This document shows positions 42,189 through 53,506 of a stretch of 64,000 nucleotides of DNA, piece after piece; the first letter of the stretch is position 1, and every line of letters starts with the position of its first letter. The position numbers were made by a program, and so were the translations under genes. This DNA is from an uncultured Solirubrobacterales bacterium (lineage in GTDB: Bacteria > Actinomycetota > Thermoleophilia > Solirubrobacterales > 70-9): positions 68,920 to 132,919 of the forward strand of contig CAWDDE010000003.1 of assembly GCA_963801055.1 (NCBI GenBank). The letters run 5' to 3'. The notes beneath the pieces were generated by a model. The model made no database searches. It was not told where the DNA came from and was given only the letters and a program-made list of their open reading frames with translations.

Positions 42189-45017
42189 ATGGCTGACGGA
42201 CAGACCCTGGACCAGGTCCTGCACGGGAACATCGAGGAGCGCGAGCTCGAGAAGGAGATGCGCTCCTCGTACCTCGACTACGCGATGAGCGTGATCGTCG
42301 GGCGCGCGCTGCCCGACGTCCGTGACGGGCTCAAGCCGGTCCACCGGCGCGTGCTCTACGCGATGCACGACCTCGGCCTGCAGCCGAACCGCGCCTACCG
42401 TAAGTGCGCCTTCATCGTCGGCGAGGTGATGGGCAAGTACCACCCGCACGGCGACTCGGCGATCTACGAGACGCTGGTGCGGATGGCGCAGGAGTTCGCC
42501 CTGCGCTACCCGCTCGTGGACGGGCAGGGCAACTTCGGCTCGATCGATGACGATCCGCCGGCCGCGATGCGGTACACGGAGGCGCGCCTCGGGCCGCTGG
42601 CCACGGAGATGCTCCGCGACATCGACGCCGACACCGTCGACTTCGGGCCCAACTACGACGAGTCGACCCGCGAGCCGGTCCTGCTGCCGGCCCGCTTCCC
42701 GAACCTGCTGGTCAACGGTGCCACCGGCATCGCGGTCGGGATGGCGACCAACATCCCGCCGCACAACCTCCGCGAGGTGATCGGGGCGGTCAACGCCTAC
42801 ATCGACGACCCCGAGATCGACATGAAGGGCCTGATGAAGCACGTCAAGGGTCCCGACTTCCCGGGCGGCGGCACGATCATGGGGACACAGGGCATCCGCG
42901 ACGCCTACCGGTCCGGCCGAGGCTCCATTCGGGTCCGCGCCAAGGCGCACGTCGAGCCGCTCAAGGGCGGCAGGGACGCGATCATCGTCACCGAGCTCCC
43001 CTTCATGGTCAAGAAGGGCGGCGAGGGCGGCCTGATCGCCAAGATCGCCGATCTGGTCCGGGAAAAGAAGATCACCGGCATCTCGGACCTGCGCGACGAG
43101 TCGGACCGCAGCGGGATGCGCCTGGTGATCGAGCTGAAGCGCGGCGGCGATCCCGCCCAGGTGGTGCTCAACCAGCTCTACAAGCGCACCGCGATGCAGC
43201 AGGCGTTCGGCATCAACATGGTCGCGCTCGTCGACGGCGTGCCGAAGACCCTCAGCCTCCGCGAGCTCGTCGAGCAGTACGTCGGCCACCAGAAGGAGGT
43301 CATCACCCGGCGGACGCAGCACCAGCTCGCCCGCGCCGAGGCCCGCGCCCACATCCTCGAGGGGCTGCTGATCGCGCTCGACAACCTCGACGCCGTAATC
43401 AGGCTGATCCGCCGCTCCAAGGACCCCGACACCGCGCGGGACGGCCTGATCGACAAGTTCAAGCTCAGCCGTGCCCAGGCGCAGGCGATCCTCGACATGC
43501 GACTGCAGCGCCTCACCGCTCTCGAGGCCAACAAGATCAAGGAGGAGCACAAGGGGCTCACCAAGCTGATCAAGGAGCTCCGGGCGATCCTGGCCGACGA
43601 GAAGAAGGTCCTCGGGCTGGTCAAGTCCGAGCTCAAGGAGGTCGCCCAGAAGTACGGCGACGAGCGGCGGACCGAGATCACCGCGGCGGAGGGCGACCTC
43701 GACATCGAGGACGTGATCGCCGACGAGCAGATGGTGGTCTCGATCACGGCCTCCGGCTACGCGAAGCGCACGCCGCTCGCCACCTATCGGCAGCAGCGCC
43801 GCGGCGGTCGCGGCGTGCAGGGCATGAACATGAAGGAGGGCGACTACATCGAGCACCTGCACGTCTGCTCGACGCACGACTACCTGCTCTTCTTCACCAA
43901 CCAGGGGAAGGTCTATCGGCTGAAGGTCTACGAGCTTCCCGAGGGGAGCCGAGCCTCCCGGGGCCGGGCGCTGGTCAACGTCCTGCCGCTCAAGGACAAG
44001 GAGAAGGTGATGGCGGTGATCCCGACCCGCGACTTCTCGGAGGGCAAGTTCCTCGTCTTCGGCACCGCACAGGGGATGGTCAAGAAGACGCCGTTCAAGG
44101 ACTACGACACCCCGATCCGAGCCGACGGCATCATCGCGATCAAGATCCGCAAGGGCGACGAGCTCGTCCGGGTCCGGATGACCTCAGGCAAGGACGACAT
44201 CATCATGGTCTCCAAGTCGGGGCACGCCGCCCGCTTCAGCGAGAAGCAGGCGCGGTCGATGGGCAGGGCGACCGCGGGCGTCAAGGGGATGAACGTCTCC
44301 GACAAGGGCAACCGCGTCCTCTCCCTCGACGTCGTCGACCATACGGACACGAAGGGCGATCTCCTCGTCGTCACCGAGAACGGCTACGGCAAGCGGACCG
44401 CGCTCGTCGAGTACCCGGTGAAGGGACGCGGTGCCAAGGGCATGCTGACCGCGAAGCTGACCGCGAAGAAGGGCGGCCTTGCCGGCGCCCGCGTGGTTCG
44501 CGAGGGCCAGGAGCTGCTCTTCATTTCCCAGAACGGGATGGTGCAGCGGAACGCCGTCGACGGCATCTCGCGGATGGGCCGAGCGACCCAGGGCGTCCGG
44601 GTGATGAACCTGAAGAAGGGCGACCGCGTCAGCGCCGTGGCGCTGGTGGTCGAGTCCGAGAACGGAAACGGGAACGGCTCCTCCGCGCCCGCCGGCTCCA
44701 TCGAGGACGAGGCCCCGATGGCCACCAGCGTCGCCGAGGAGGCAGCCGCCGCCGAGGCGGCCGGCAACGGCGAGGCCGAGGGTCACCAAAGCGCCACGCG
44801 CCGCTCCTCGGGCTCGAAGGCGCCCGCGAAGGGGATGTCGAGGTCCTCGGCGCCCAACGCCGGCGCTAAGCCGAAGAGCAAGCCGGCGGCGAAGCCGAAG
44901 GCCAAGCCGGCTCGGAAGCAGGGGGGTGCGAGCGCAGCCAAGCCGAAGGTGAAGCCGAGGCCCACGGCGACGGCGAAGCAGCGCGCCGAGTCGGAGCGGA
45001 AGCGGCGTAACCGCTAA
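42189..45017 (+). CDS. gyrA: DNA gyrase subunit A with roughly 120-aa low-complexity C-terminal tail
   Basis: Intact 942-aa ORF with [36 protein letters not shown] and [10 protein letters not shown] (catalytic Tyr). Beta-pinwheel repeats are followed by an acidic/Ala-rich then AKPK-rich tail. Confidence 0.95.
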   Translation: MADGQTLDQVLHGNIEERELEKEMRSSYLDYAMSVIVGRALPDVRDGLKPVHRRVLYAMHDLGLQPNRAYRKCAFIVGEVMGKYHPHGDSAIYETLVRMAQEFALRYPLVDGQGNFGSIDDDPPAAMRYTEARLGPLATEMLRDIDADTVDFGPNYDESTREPVLLPARFPNLLVNGATGIAVGMATNIPPHNLREVIGAVNAYIDDPEIDMKGLMKHVKGPDFPGGGTIMGTQGIRDAYRSGRGSIRVRAKAHVEPLKGGRDAIIVTELPFMVKKGGEGGLIAKIADLVREKKITGISDLRDESDRSGMRLVIELKRGGDPAQVVLNQLYKRTAMQQAFGINMVALVDGVPKTLSLRELVEQYVGHQKEVITRRTQHQLARAEARAHILEGLLIALDNLDAVIRLIRRSKDPDTARDGLIDKFKLSRAQAQAILDMRLQRLTALEANKIKEEHKGLTKLIKELRAILADEKKVLGLVKSELKEVAQKYGDERRTEITAAEGDLDIEDVIADEQMVVSITASGYAKRTPLATYRQQRRGGRGVQGMNMKEGDYIEHLHVCSTHDYLLFFTNQGKVYRLKVYELPEGSRASRGRALVNVLPLKDKEKVMAVIPTRDFSEGKFLVFGTAQGMVKKTPFKDYDTPIRADGIIAIKIRKGDELVRVRMTSGKDDIIMVSKSGHAARFSEKQARSMGRATAGVKGMNVSDKGNRVLSLDVVDHTDTKGDLLVVTENGYGKRTALVEYPVKGRGAKGMLTAKLTAKKGGLAGARVVREGQELLFISQNGMVQRNAVDGISRMGRATQGVRVMNLKKGDRVSAVALVVESENGNGNGSSAPAGSIEDEAPMATSVAEEAAAAEAAGNGEAEGHQSATRRSSGSKAPAKGMSRSSAPNAGAKPKSKPAAKPKAKPARKQGGASAAKPKVKPRPTATAKQRAESERKRRNR

Positions 45018-45053
45018 ACGGCTTCGCCCTCCGCTCTCGAAGAAGGGTCGCCT

Positions 45054-45737
45054 CTAGGCCGCTAGGAGGTACGGCTCCCAGGCCGCCGGGGTGCGCGGCG
45101 AGGCGATTCGGATGAAGACGGTTGGTCCCGGCGGGCGGGGCCGGCGGCGCGGGTGCATTCGGATCTCCTGCGGGAGCCGGTTGCCCTTCCTGCGGTTGCA
45201 GGGAGCGCAGGAGGCGACGATGTTCTCCCAGACCGACTCTCCGCCGCGGCTGCGCGGGACGACGTGGTCGACGGTGAGGCTGTGCCTGCTCGAGCCGCAG
45301 TACTGGCAGGTCCAGCCGTCGCGTGCCAGCACTGCCTTCCGTGTGATGCGGCGCCGGTGGATGTCGCGCGGGACGCGGACGAAGCTGATCAGCCGGATCA
45401 CCTCGGGCCGGTCGATCCTCATGGTCTCGGAGCGGAGCACGTCGTCGCCGCGCTCGAGGACCTCGGCCTTCTCCTTCAGGATCAGGACCAGCGCCCGGCG
45501 GACGGTGCAGACGTTGAGAGGCTCGTAGCTTGCGTTGAGCACCAGCACCCGCCCCCTGGTCAGGCGGCGGATGGCGGCTACCGCTACCTCGCCGTCGGCC
45601 TCCCCATCGGGTGCGGCCCCGTTGCCGTTGAAATGGGCAGGATCATGGCCGTTGGTTGCGGCCGGCACGTGGCCGTTCTTCGATGCCCGGCCGGTCGCCG
45701 GCACAGATGCGTCGTGCACGGTGGCCCCGTTGCCCAT
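45054..45737 (-). CDS. HNH endonuclease family protein
   Basis: DGWTCQYCGSSRHSLTVDHVVPRSRGG...NIVASCAPCNRRKGN, the HNH with CxxC...CxxC. The start is taken at MGNGATVHD. Confidence 0.75.
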   Translation of the reverse strand: MGNGATVHDASVPATGRASKNGHVPAATNGHDPAHFNGNGAAPDGEADGEVAVAAIRRLTRGRVLVLNASYEPLNVCTVRRALVLILKEKAEVLERGDDVLRSETMRIDRPEVIRLISFVRVPRDIHRRRITRKAVLARDGWTCQYCGSSRHSLTVDHVVPRSRGGESVWENIVASCAPCNRRKGNRLPQEIRMHPRRRPRPPGPTVFIRIASPRTPAAWEPYLLAA

Positions 45738-45762
45738 GTCCCGGGCGATTGTAGAGGAGCAA

Positions 45763-46623
45763 TTACTCGGTTCCCGGCACTCCAGGCGGGGCGGCGATGG
45801 GCCAACTGCCCAGCACCCGCACGGTCTCGGCCTTCGAACGCAAGGCCTCGACCGCCGAGAGGAGCGGCTCGTCGGCGGATGCGCCCTCGATGTCGAGGAA
45901 GAACTGGTAGCGCCCAAGGCCGCGCCGCAGCGGCCGTGACTCGATGCGAGTCAGGTTGACGTCGCGGTCGGAGAACACCTGGAGCGCCTCGACGAGGGCG
46001 CCGGGATGGTCCTCGCCGAGCTCCGAGAAGACGAGGGAGGTGCGCCACGGCCCGGATCCGGACGCGTTGGTCCCCTGCCGGGCCACCCAGACGAAGCGGG
46101 TGATGTTTTCGGCCTCGTCCTCGACCCCATGGCGCAGCACGGCGGCGCCATAGAGGCGAGCGGCCGACTCGGCACCGAGCGCGGCCCAGGGCCGGTCCTC
46201 CTCGACCACGGTTCGCACCGCCTCGGCGGTGCTCGCTGCGCCACGCACCTCCGCCTGCGGCAGGTTCTCGCGAATGAAGCGCGCGCACTGGGCGTTGGCC
46301 TGCGGGTGTGAGAGCACCACCTCGATGCGCTCGAGGGGGATCTCCTCACGGGCGATCAGGCAGTGCCGGATCGGGAGGTCGTACTCCCCGATCAGCGTGA
46401 GGGCGTCGGAGTCGAACGCGAGCGTGTCGAGGGTGGCGGTGACCGCGCCCTCGATTGAGTTCTCGAAGGGGACGAAGGCCCGGTCCGCCGCCCCCTCCCT
46501 CACCGCGACGATCGCGTCGTAGACAGTGGCGGCCGGGATCGCCTCCACCTCCTGATCCCCGACTGCGGCCCGCAGGGCGTCCTCGCTGAAGGTCCCCCTT
46601 GGGCCCAGGTAGACGACCCGCAC
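45763..46623 (-). CDS. pheA: Prephenate dehydratase
   Basis: VVYLGPRGTFSE, VPFENSIEGAV, ITRF and a C-terminal ACT domain with ESRP (NLTRIESRPLRR...YQFFLD). Confidence 0.9.
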   Translation of the reverse strand: MRVVYLGPRGTFSEDALRAAVGDQEVEAIPAATVYDAIVAVREGAADRAFVPFENSIEGAVTATLDTLAFDSDALTLIGEYDLPIRHCLIAREEIPLERIEVVLSHPQANAQCARFIRENLPQAEVRGAASTAEAVRTVVEEDRPWAALGAESAARLYGAAVLRHGVEDEAENITRFVWVARQGTNASGSGPWRTSLVFSELGEDHPGALVEALQVFSDRDVNLTRIESRPLRRGLGRYQFFLDIEGASADEPLLSAVEALRSKAETVRVLGSWPIAAPPGVPGTE

Positions 46624-46681
46624 CGCTACTTCGTTGTGAGAGGGCGCGCCGACAGGCGCGACCCGTTTGATGTTTCGCCCA

Positions 46682-47777
46682 TCAGGAGCCGAAGATGACG
46701 GTGTACGTGGACTGGTTGTTGTCCGTTAGCTGCTCGCCCGGGACGGGGTTGACGACGACCTGCACGGTGGTGTCCGTACCGGGAGTCGGCGTGCTCGTCA
46801 GCGGAATCTTCACCGTGCCGGCCTGGCCCGCACTGAGCGACTGGAGCTGGCCGGTGAGGGGGCTGCCGCCGATCGTGACGTTCACGCTGATCCCGGTCTC
46901 ATCGCTGTCGCCGGAATTGGTCACCCCGATGTCGATCTCCTGGGAGTCGCTGGGCACCGTCGTTGGTCGAGTCGGGACTCAGCTGGGTGGCTCCGATCGT
47001 CGTCGAGTCCAGCTGCAGGCCATGAATACCCCCGGTCGTCGCCGTTTGACCGGTGAGTGCGTTGAGCTTGGTGACCAGCGTCGTCTGGTTCAGGTAGTCC
47101 GTGGCGTTCGCAGGCATGACCGTGCCAGACGGAAGCGGCGTGGCGTCGACGTTCTCGTCCTGCAGCACATTCTTGATCTCGGGCGAGCCGATCTGGGTCC
47201 AGATCACGTCGCTCGCATAGAGGGAGCCCATCGCGTCGCTGATCGCCGAGATCGCATTGCTGGTCTGGGCGCGCGCCGTCGCCTGCTGGACGTTCTCCGC
47301 GATCGTGCTGAGGGCATCCCGACGCAGCGTCAGGGTGAGGATGACGGCGTTCTGGGCATCGTCCATCTGACCCGGGACGCCGATCTCGTGCGCCCGATCG
47401 AGCAGCGTCTCGGAGTTGTCGCGCTGGGCCAGGACCTGGTTCTTGGCGTCGAGCGAGCTCGAGCCACCGGAGCTGTCCAGCAGGTCGAAGAAGTCCTTCC
47501 CGCTCTGTTCGGACTGCTGCATGATCGTCGCGACGTCCGACGTGTAGTTCCGCAGGGCCCGGTCGGAGCGCGCCTCGAGGCAGCCCCTGATCCCGATCAC
47601 GATCAGGATCAGGAAGGCGAGGCCGACTCCGACGCCGATCAGGCGCCGGGCCAGGAACTGCTGTCGTCTGCGCTGTGGGCCCCCGACCCTGCGCCTTGGG
47701 CGTTCCGGCTCATCCGCGACGACCAGATCGTCTTGTTCGGAATCGAGGAATGCCAAACCGGGCCAGAGTATGAACAC
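46682..47777 (-). pseudogene. Membrane-anchored secreted protein with C-terminal Ig-like (CARDB-like) domain; one frame break near 46955-46965
   Basis: An N-terminal Arg-rich segment plus TM (LIGVGVGLAFLILIVIG) and a long soluble part ending ...SPDSTNDG. It continues in another frame as VPSDSQEIDIGVTNSGDSDETGISVNVTIGG... (ORF 46682..46957). Confidence 0.5.
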
Positions 47778-47831
47778 GGGGGGCGACGCATGTAGCCGCC
47801 ACCAGGCCGCCCGCCTTGTGGCGGCGATCTA

Positions 47832-49546
47832 ATGGCGAAGCCGTCCCACAGGAAAAAGTCGTCCGGGGGCGAACTTGAAGTGGCGATGGTCGGTGAGCGA
47901 GTCCTGGGCAGGTTCCGGATCGAGGCCCGGATCGGAAGCGGCGGCTTCGGCACGGTCTATCGCGCCTGGGACGAGCGCCTGCAGCGGCCGGTCGCGGTCA
48001 AGGTGATCGATCGCGATCACGGCGCTCCCCGGGTCACCCGCGAGGCGCAGGCGGTCGCGCGGCTCGCGCACCGCAACATCGCCACGCTCTACGAGCTCGC
48101 CACCGACGGCGAGCGCGCCTTCCTGGTCTCTGAGCTGGTCGAGGGCGACACCCTGCGCTCGCTGGGCCGCCGCGGCGAGCTCACCGATCGGCTGGTGGCG
48201 CGGGTCGGGGCGAACGCGGCTGCCGCGCTGACGCACGCCCACCGCGCAGGCGTCGTCCACCGAGACGTGAAGCCCGAGAACATCATGGTCGCGCCGGGTG
48301 GGCCGGCGAAGCTCGTCGACTTCGGGATCGCGCGGATCGCCGGCGAGCGGTCCCTGACCGCCACAGGAGCCGTGGTCGGAACGCTCGCCTACATGGCGCC
48401 GGAGCAGGCCGACGGCCTGCGCCCGGGCCCGGAGCCGACGTCTACTCGCTGTCCCTCACCCTCTACGAGTGCCTCTGCGGCGAGCACCCCCTCCTCCGCG
48501 ATGGGCCCGCCGCGACCGCCCGGGCCATCGGAGAGCCCATCGCCCCGCTCTCCGACAGTGCGACCCGAGCTGCCATCGCCGATGACCGAGGCGATCGACG
48601 CCTCGCTCGACCCAGACCCAGAGCTTCGGCCCGCTTGCATCCGAGCTCGAGGCAGCGCTGGCTGCCCACGTCGGCGAGCTCGACGGCGAGCCGCTGCCGC
48701 GCGATCGAGGGCCTGGATGGCGAGCCGGCGCTCCAGCCGCGTCGGCGACCCAACCTGGCCCGCTTCGCGCCCGCGCTCGGCGTCGCCGCGCTCGGAGTCG
48801 CGACGCTGATAGCGACCGGGGCGCCCGCGCCCGTTGTGCTCGCCGCGCTCCTCCCCGGCGCACTCGCCCTCGGCCGTCCCCGCCCGGCCTTCGCGCTCGA
48901 GCTGGCCCTGGTCGTGCTCTGGCTCCTGATCGGCGCCGGCGAGCCGGGCGCTGCCGCGCTGGTCGCGGCGCTCGGACTTCCGCTTCTGGCGCCGGCCATC
49001 GAACCGGAGGCGATCGCCCTACCCGGCCTCGCTCCGATCCTCGGCCTGATTGGCCTCGGCCCGGTGTATCCGGCGCTGGCGGGCCTCACCCGCGGCGCGG
49101 CGGGGCGCGCGCTGCTCGGCGGGATCGGGTACGTCTGGCTCGCGGCGTGGGAGGAGCTCGCCCACCGCGACCTGCTGCTCGGCCCCGTCGCCGATCCGCC
49201 GGCCCATTGGACCGGGTCGACGAGCGCCGCGCTCGGTGACGTGGTAGCTCCCCTTCTCGACGGCTCGGTGCTGGCAGGTGCCGCCATCTTCGCCCTCGCG
49301 GCCTGGGTGCTCCCCCTCCTGGTCCGCGGCCGCACGCCGGTCCTCGACGCTCTCGGTGCGCTGATCTGGGCCGCGGGCCTGATCTCCGCGCTCCGCCTGG
49401 TCGCGGGCGGCTCCAGTCCACCGGGGCTGCTCTTCGGGGCGCTGCTGGCAGCCGTGCTCGCCGCTCTGCTGACGCGCAGGCTGGGCGCGCCCAGCGACCG
49501 CCAGGCCGTAATGCGAGGGCTCGCCGAGGCGCGACCGGTTCAGTAA
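47832..49546 (+). pseudogene. Ser/Thr protein kinase with polytopic C-terminal membrane domain; about 4 frame breaks (near 48432, 48555, 48632, 48695)
   Basis: GSGGFGTVYRA, VAVKV, HRDVKPENI, DFGIA and YMAPEQ, then DVYSLSLTLYECLCGEHP in another frame. The C-terminal roughly 290 aa is a Gly/Ala/Leu-rich multi-TM region (ORF 48635..49546). Confidence 0.75.
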
Positions 49547-49702
49547 TGGGAGCGACGGGCGCCGCCCGGCGCGACTCAGGTGGGCGGCCGCCGCGGTCCG
49601 CGCCTGATGCCCAAGGGGTCAGACGATAACCAGAAGCGCCCACTAGCATTTCGCAGCGGCTCTGCCCGAGCCGCCGCCCACCCCATCGTTTAGGAGTCTC
49701 CG

Positions 49703-50470
49703 ATCAGCGTTCTGCGCAACCTCGAAGCCCGCATTGAGGGTCTCGTCGAAGGTGTCTTCAGCCGCGCCTTCAGCTCCGGCGTGCAGCCCGTGGAGATCGC
49801 ACGGAAGCTCGCCAAGGAGATGGACGCCCACAAGACGGCGTCCGTCCAGCGGGTTTACGTTCCCAACGAGTACACCGTCTGGCTCTGCCCCGACGACTAC
49901 GAGCGCTTCAAGGACTACGAGTCGTCTCTCGCACAGGAGCTCAGTGGGCATCTGCTCGAGCATGCCCGACACCATGACTACGACCTGCTGACGCGTCCGA
50001 TGGTTCACCTGGACCAGGACGAGCGCCTGCGGCTGGGCGAGTTCGGCATCCAGACCCGTCTGGTGAGACCCCCGCAGCGGCAGGGCGCCGAGCCGGAGCA
50101 GGGAGAGCACGGCCACACGATGGTCTACTCCGCAACGCAGGCCGAGAAGGCGCGCTCCAAGCGTCGCCCCGACGCTGCGTTCTCGGAGACCAGGGCGATC
50201 GTCTCTGTCGACGACCGCCGCTACGTCCTCGACGGGCCAACGGCGACGCTCGGGCGCTCCAAGGACAATGACTGCGTCATCGACGACCCCAACATCTCGC
50301 GGCGGCATGCTGAGCTGCGCCGCTCGAACGTGGGGGACTGGCAGATCGTCGACCTGAACTCGACCAACGGAGTGAAGGTCAACGGTCGCCGCGTAGCCAA
50401 CGCCCGCCTCTCACCGGGGGATGAGATCACCCTCGGAACCAAGGTCTTCGCCTTCGACATCGAGCAGTGA
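49703..50470 (+). CDS. fhaA: FhaA-like protein (DUF3662 N-domain plus C-terminal FHA domain); apparent ATC start
   Basis: The conserved N-terminus SVLRNLEARIEGLVEGVFSRAF lies in frame upstream of the ORF-track GTG at 49781. The only start-like codon is ATC at 49703, 6 nt after AGGAG. The FHA part is TLGRSKDNDCVIDDPNISRRHAEL...DLNSTNGVKVNG. Confidence 0.8.
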   Translation: MSVLRNLEARIEGLVEGVFSRAFSSGVQPVEIARKLAKEMDAHKTASVQRVYVPNEYTVWLCPDDYERFKDYESSLAQELSGHLLEHARHHDYDLLTRPMVHLDQDERLRLGEFGIQTRLVRPPQRQGAEPEQGEHGHTMVYSATQAEKARSKRRPDAAFSETRAIVSVDDRRYVLDGPTATLGRSKDNDCVIDDPNISRRHAELRRSNVGDWQIVDLNSTNGVKVNGRRVANARLSPGDEITLGTKVFAFDIEQ

Positions 50471-50932
50471 ATGACCTCGAGCCGCTAGCGGTCGCGCTCA
50501 AGTTCGGCTTTCTCGCCGTGCTCTACCTCTTTCTGCTCTGGGTGACCCGCATGGCACTCCGCGACCTGAGGGGGACCGCCACCCCCGGCTTACGAGACCG
50601 GCTACCACGAGGTTGATGGCGGCGACCAGGGGTCGACCGACGCGTTCCTCGTGGTCCAGGAGGGCGGAGGCCTGCCGCGCGGCGAGCACTTCGACCTCTT
50701 CGGCGGGGTCTCACTCGGCCGCTCGGCCGACGCCGACATCCGGCTCGACGACCGCTATGCGTCCGGGATCCACGCGCGGGTCTTCAACCGGTCGGGGGCC
50801 TATTTCGTCGAGGACATGAACTCGACCAACGGCACGCTGCTCAACTCCCGCCAGCTGCACGGCGAGGCCGAGCTGACCCCCGGCGACTTGATCCGAATCG
50901 GGGACACTGAGTTCCGCTTCGAGGTCTCCTGA
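50467..50932 (+). pseudogene. fhaB: FhaB/FipA-like membrane-anchored FHA-domain protein; one frame break near 50582-50590
   Basis: The GTG start overlaps the fhaA stop. TM segment LAVALKFGFLAVLYLFLLWV. After a C5 run at 50582-50586 the frame shifts to ...LGRSADADIRLDDRYASGIHARV...DMNSTNGTLLN (FHA; ORF 50651..50932). Confidence 0.75.
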
Positions 50933-52171
50933 TGCTGAAGATCGCCGAAGAGGCTCACAAGACCGACACGGGGCGCCAGCGGCACGCCAACGAGGACTCC
51001 TACTACGCAAAGGCGCCGATGTTCGCCGTCGCCGACGGGATGGGCGGCGCGCAGGCGGGAGAGGTGGCATCGCGGATCGCGGCCGGCGCCTTCGAGCACG
51101 GCCGGGTCTCAGGCGACGCCTCGGCGGAGGGGCAGCTGGAGGAGATCGCCCAGGAGGCGAACCGCGAGATCCACAAGCTCGCCCGAGAGGACTCCTCCCG
51201 GGCCGGCATGGGCACCACCCTGACGGCGGCGATGTTGCGCGACGACGAGGTTGCCTTCGGCCACGTCGGCGACAGCCGCGCGTACGTGCTTCGTGACGGC
51301 AAGCTGAAGCGCCTGACCAAGGACCATTCGCTGGTCGAGGAGCTGCGCCGCCAGGGTCGGCTCACCGAGGAGCAGGCGGAGGAGCACCCCCAGCGGTCGA
51401 TCATCACGCGGGCCCTGGGCCCGGAGCCGAGCGTGAACGTGGACACGATGACTTTCCCGGCCCGCGACGGGGACGTCTTCCTACTCTGCAGCGACGGCCT
51501 CACGACGATGGTCTCCGACGAGGAGATCCGGGAGATCCTGGTGCGTTCGAAGACCCTGAGGAGCGCCGTCAACCGGCTGGTCGACGCCGCCAACCGCGGC
51601 GGCGGGCGCGACAACATCACGGCCGTCGCCTTCCGCGTCGCCGATGCCGACGCGAAGGAAGGGGAGGAGGGAGCGACGCTGATCGCCCGCACCGGCGAGC
51701 AGGCCGGGCTGACCGGCGAGCGGGTCCGTGCGGCAACCGACCGGCTGCGGGGCCGGGGGCCGATGCCCGCTCCATCCGGCCGCCGCCGTGCGCTCAGGTG
51801 GACGGCTCTCCTCGGGGTAATCGTCCTGCGTGGTGGGTCGGTGCCGTCCTCTTCGCCCGCTCGATCTACTTCCTGGGCACCGACGACGGGGGCAACGTCG
51901 CGCTCTACAGAGGACCGCCGTACCAACTGCCCTTCGGGATCAGCCTCTACTCGAAGCAGTACTCGATCCCGGTGCAGGAGGGAACGCTCTCGGAGGATCG
52001 CCAGCGGGCGGTGACCGGACACACCCTGCGCGGCAAGGACGACGCCACCAGCCTGGTCAATGACATCCAGCAGCAGCCGACCGAGGGGCTGCCGCCGCCC
52101 CGCCACCGCCCACGCAGCCCAAGAAGAAGTCTGGGGCCGCCTCGAAGGGCAAGCAGGCGCAGAAGCGTTGA
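50932..52171 (+). pseudogene. pstP: PP2C-family Ser/Thr phosphatase (PstP-like) with C-terminal TM and extracytoplasmic segment; frame breaks near 51815 and 52090
   Basis: NEDSYY, FAVADGMGG, GMGTTL, HVGDSRAY, LLCSDGL and GGRDNITAV. The TM and tail (WWVGAVLFARSIYFLGTDDGG...) are in a second frame. The third-frame end ...KKKSGAASKGKQAQKR-stop overlaps the rodA TTG. Confidence 0.8.
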
Positions 52172-53506
52172 GCGCGCGCACCCGCGAGCTGTTCGCCCTG
52201 ATCCCGGTCGCCCTCCTGGTCACGGCCGGGTTCACCGCCGTCCTGATCACCAACTCCGACCAGTTCGGCAACCTGAGCGTCCTCTACGGCGGCTATTTCC
52301 TGGCCCTCTGCCTCGCCACCCACGTGGTCATCCGGATCAGGCTGCCAGACGCCGATCCCTTCCTCTTCCCGCTCGTCGCCCTGCTCGCGGCGTTCGGGAT
52401 GGTGATGCTCTTCCGTCTGGATGAGGGGCTCGCCCGGGACCAGGCCAACTGGTTCGTCCTCGGGCTCGTCCTCTTCTCCGCGACGATCATCTTCCTCAGC
52501 GACTACGAGGCGCTCGAGCGCTACCGCTACCTGATTGCGCTCGTCGGCATCGTGCTGCTGATCCTGCCCCGCTTCGCCGGACACGCCACGAACGACGCGT
52601 TCCTGGCCGTCGATCTCGGTCCGATCACCTTCCAGCCGACCGAGCTCGCCAAGATCTGCATCGTCGTCTTCCTGGCGAGCTACCTGAACGAGCACCGGGA
52701 GGTGCTCGTCGTAGGCGCTCGCAACGTCGCTCGGGGTGGTGCTGCCGCCGATCAAGCATCTCGGCCCGCTGCTCGTCGTCTGGGGAGCCGCGATGGTGCT
52801 GTTGGTCTTCATCCGCGACCTGGGCAGCTCGGTGATGTTCTTCGGCGCCTTCCTGGCCCTGATCTACGTCGCCACCGGCCGGCTCTCGTTCGTCGTGATC
52901 GGCCTCGCCATGTTCGTGGTCGGCGCCTGGTTCTTCGCACACACGGCGGCGCATATCCAGGAGCGCTTCGACATCTGGCTCGATCCCTTCCACGACGCCG
53001 GTGGCAGCGGCTACCAGCTCTCGCAGTCCCTCTTCGCCCAGGCCGATGGCGGCTTGTTCGGCAGGGGGCTGGGGGAGTCGCTGGTGCAGCTGCCGGGGGC
53101 GACCAACTGCCACGACTTCCCGTCCTGCGGAGCGATCCTGCCCGCGCCCCACACCGACTTCATCTACGCGGTGATTGTCGACGAGCTCGGCCTGTTTGGC
53201 GGCGCGGCGGTGGTCCTGATCTACGCGCTGATCGCCGAGCGCGGCTTCAAGACCGCGGTCCTCGCCGAGGACGGGTTCTCGAAGCTGCTCGCGACCGGCC
53301 TCACGGCGATCTTCGCCCTGCAGGCCTTCGTGATCATCGGCGGCGTCACCAGGGTGATTCCGCTGACGGGGGTCACGCTGCCCTTCATCAGCTACGGCGG
53401 GAGCTCGATCGTCGCGAACTTCATTCTGCTCGCCCTCCTTCTGATGATCTCTGACAAGGCGCGTCGGCGCGTGCGGGTCCAGAACGAGGCGGCGATCGAG
53501 CAGTGA
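52168..53506 (+). pseudogene. rodA: SEDS-family peptidoglycan glycosyltransferase (RodA/FtsW); one frame break near 52725
   Basis: LFALIPVALLVTAGF..., FQPTELAKICIVVFLASYL, then in the second frame GSSVMFFGAFLALIY, TDFIYAVIVDELGLFG, TGVTLPFISYGGSS. Confidence 0.85.

Noticed and set aside
47795-47825. Perfect 8-bp inverted repeat GCCGCCAC-N15-GTGGCGGC just upstream of the kinase gene at 47832, considered as a terminator or operator.
   Set aside because: No T-tract follows in either orientation. It sits in a divergent promoter region. An 8-bp GC palindrome is not clearly above chance in DNA this GC-rich. I could not support a specific role.
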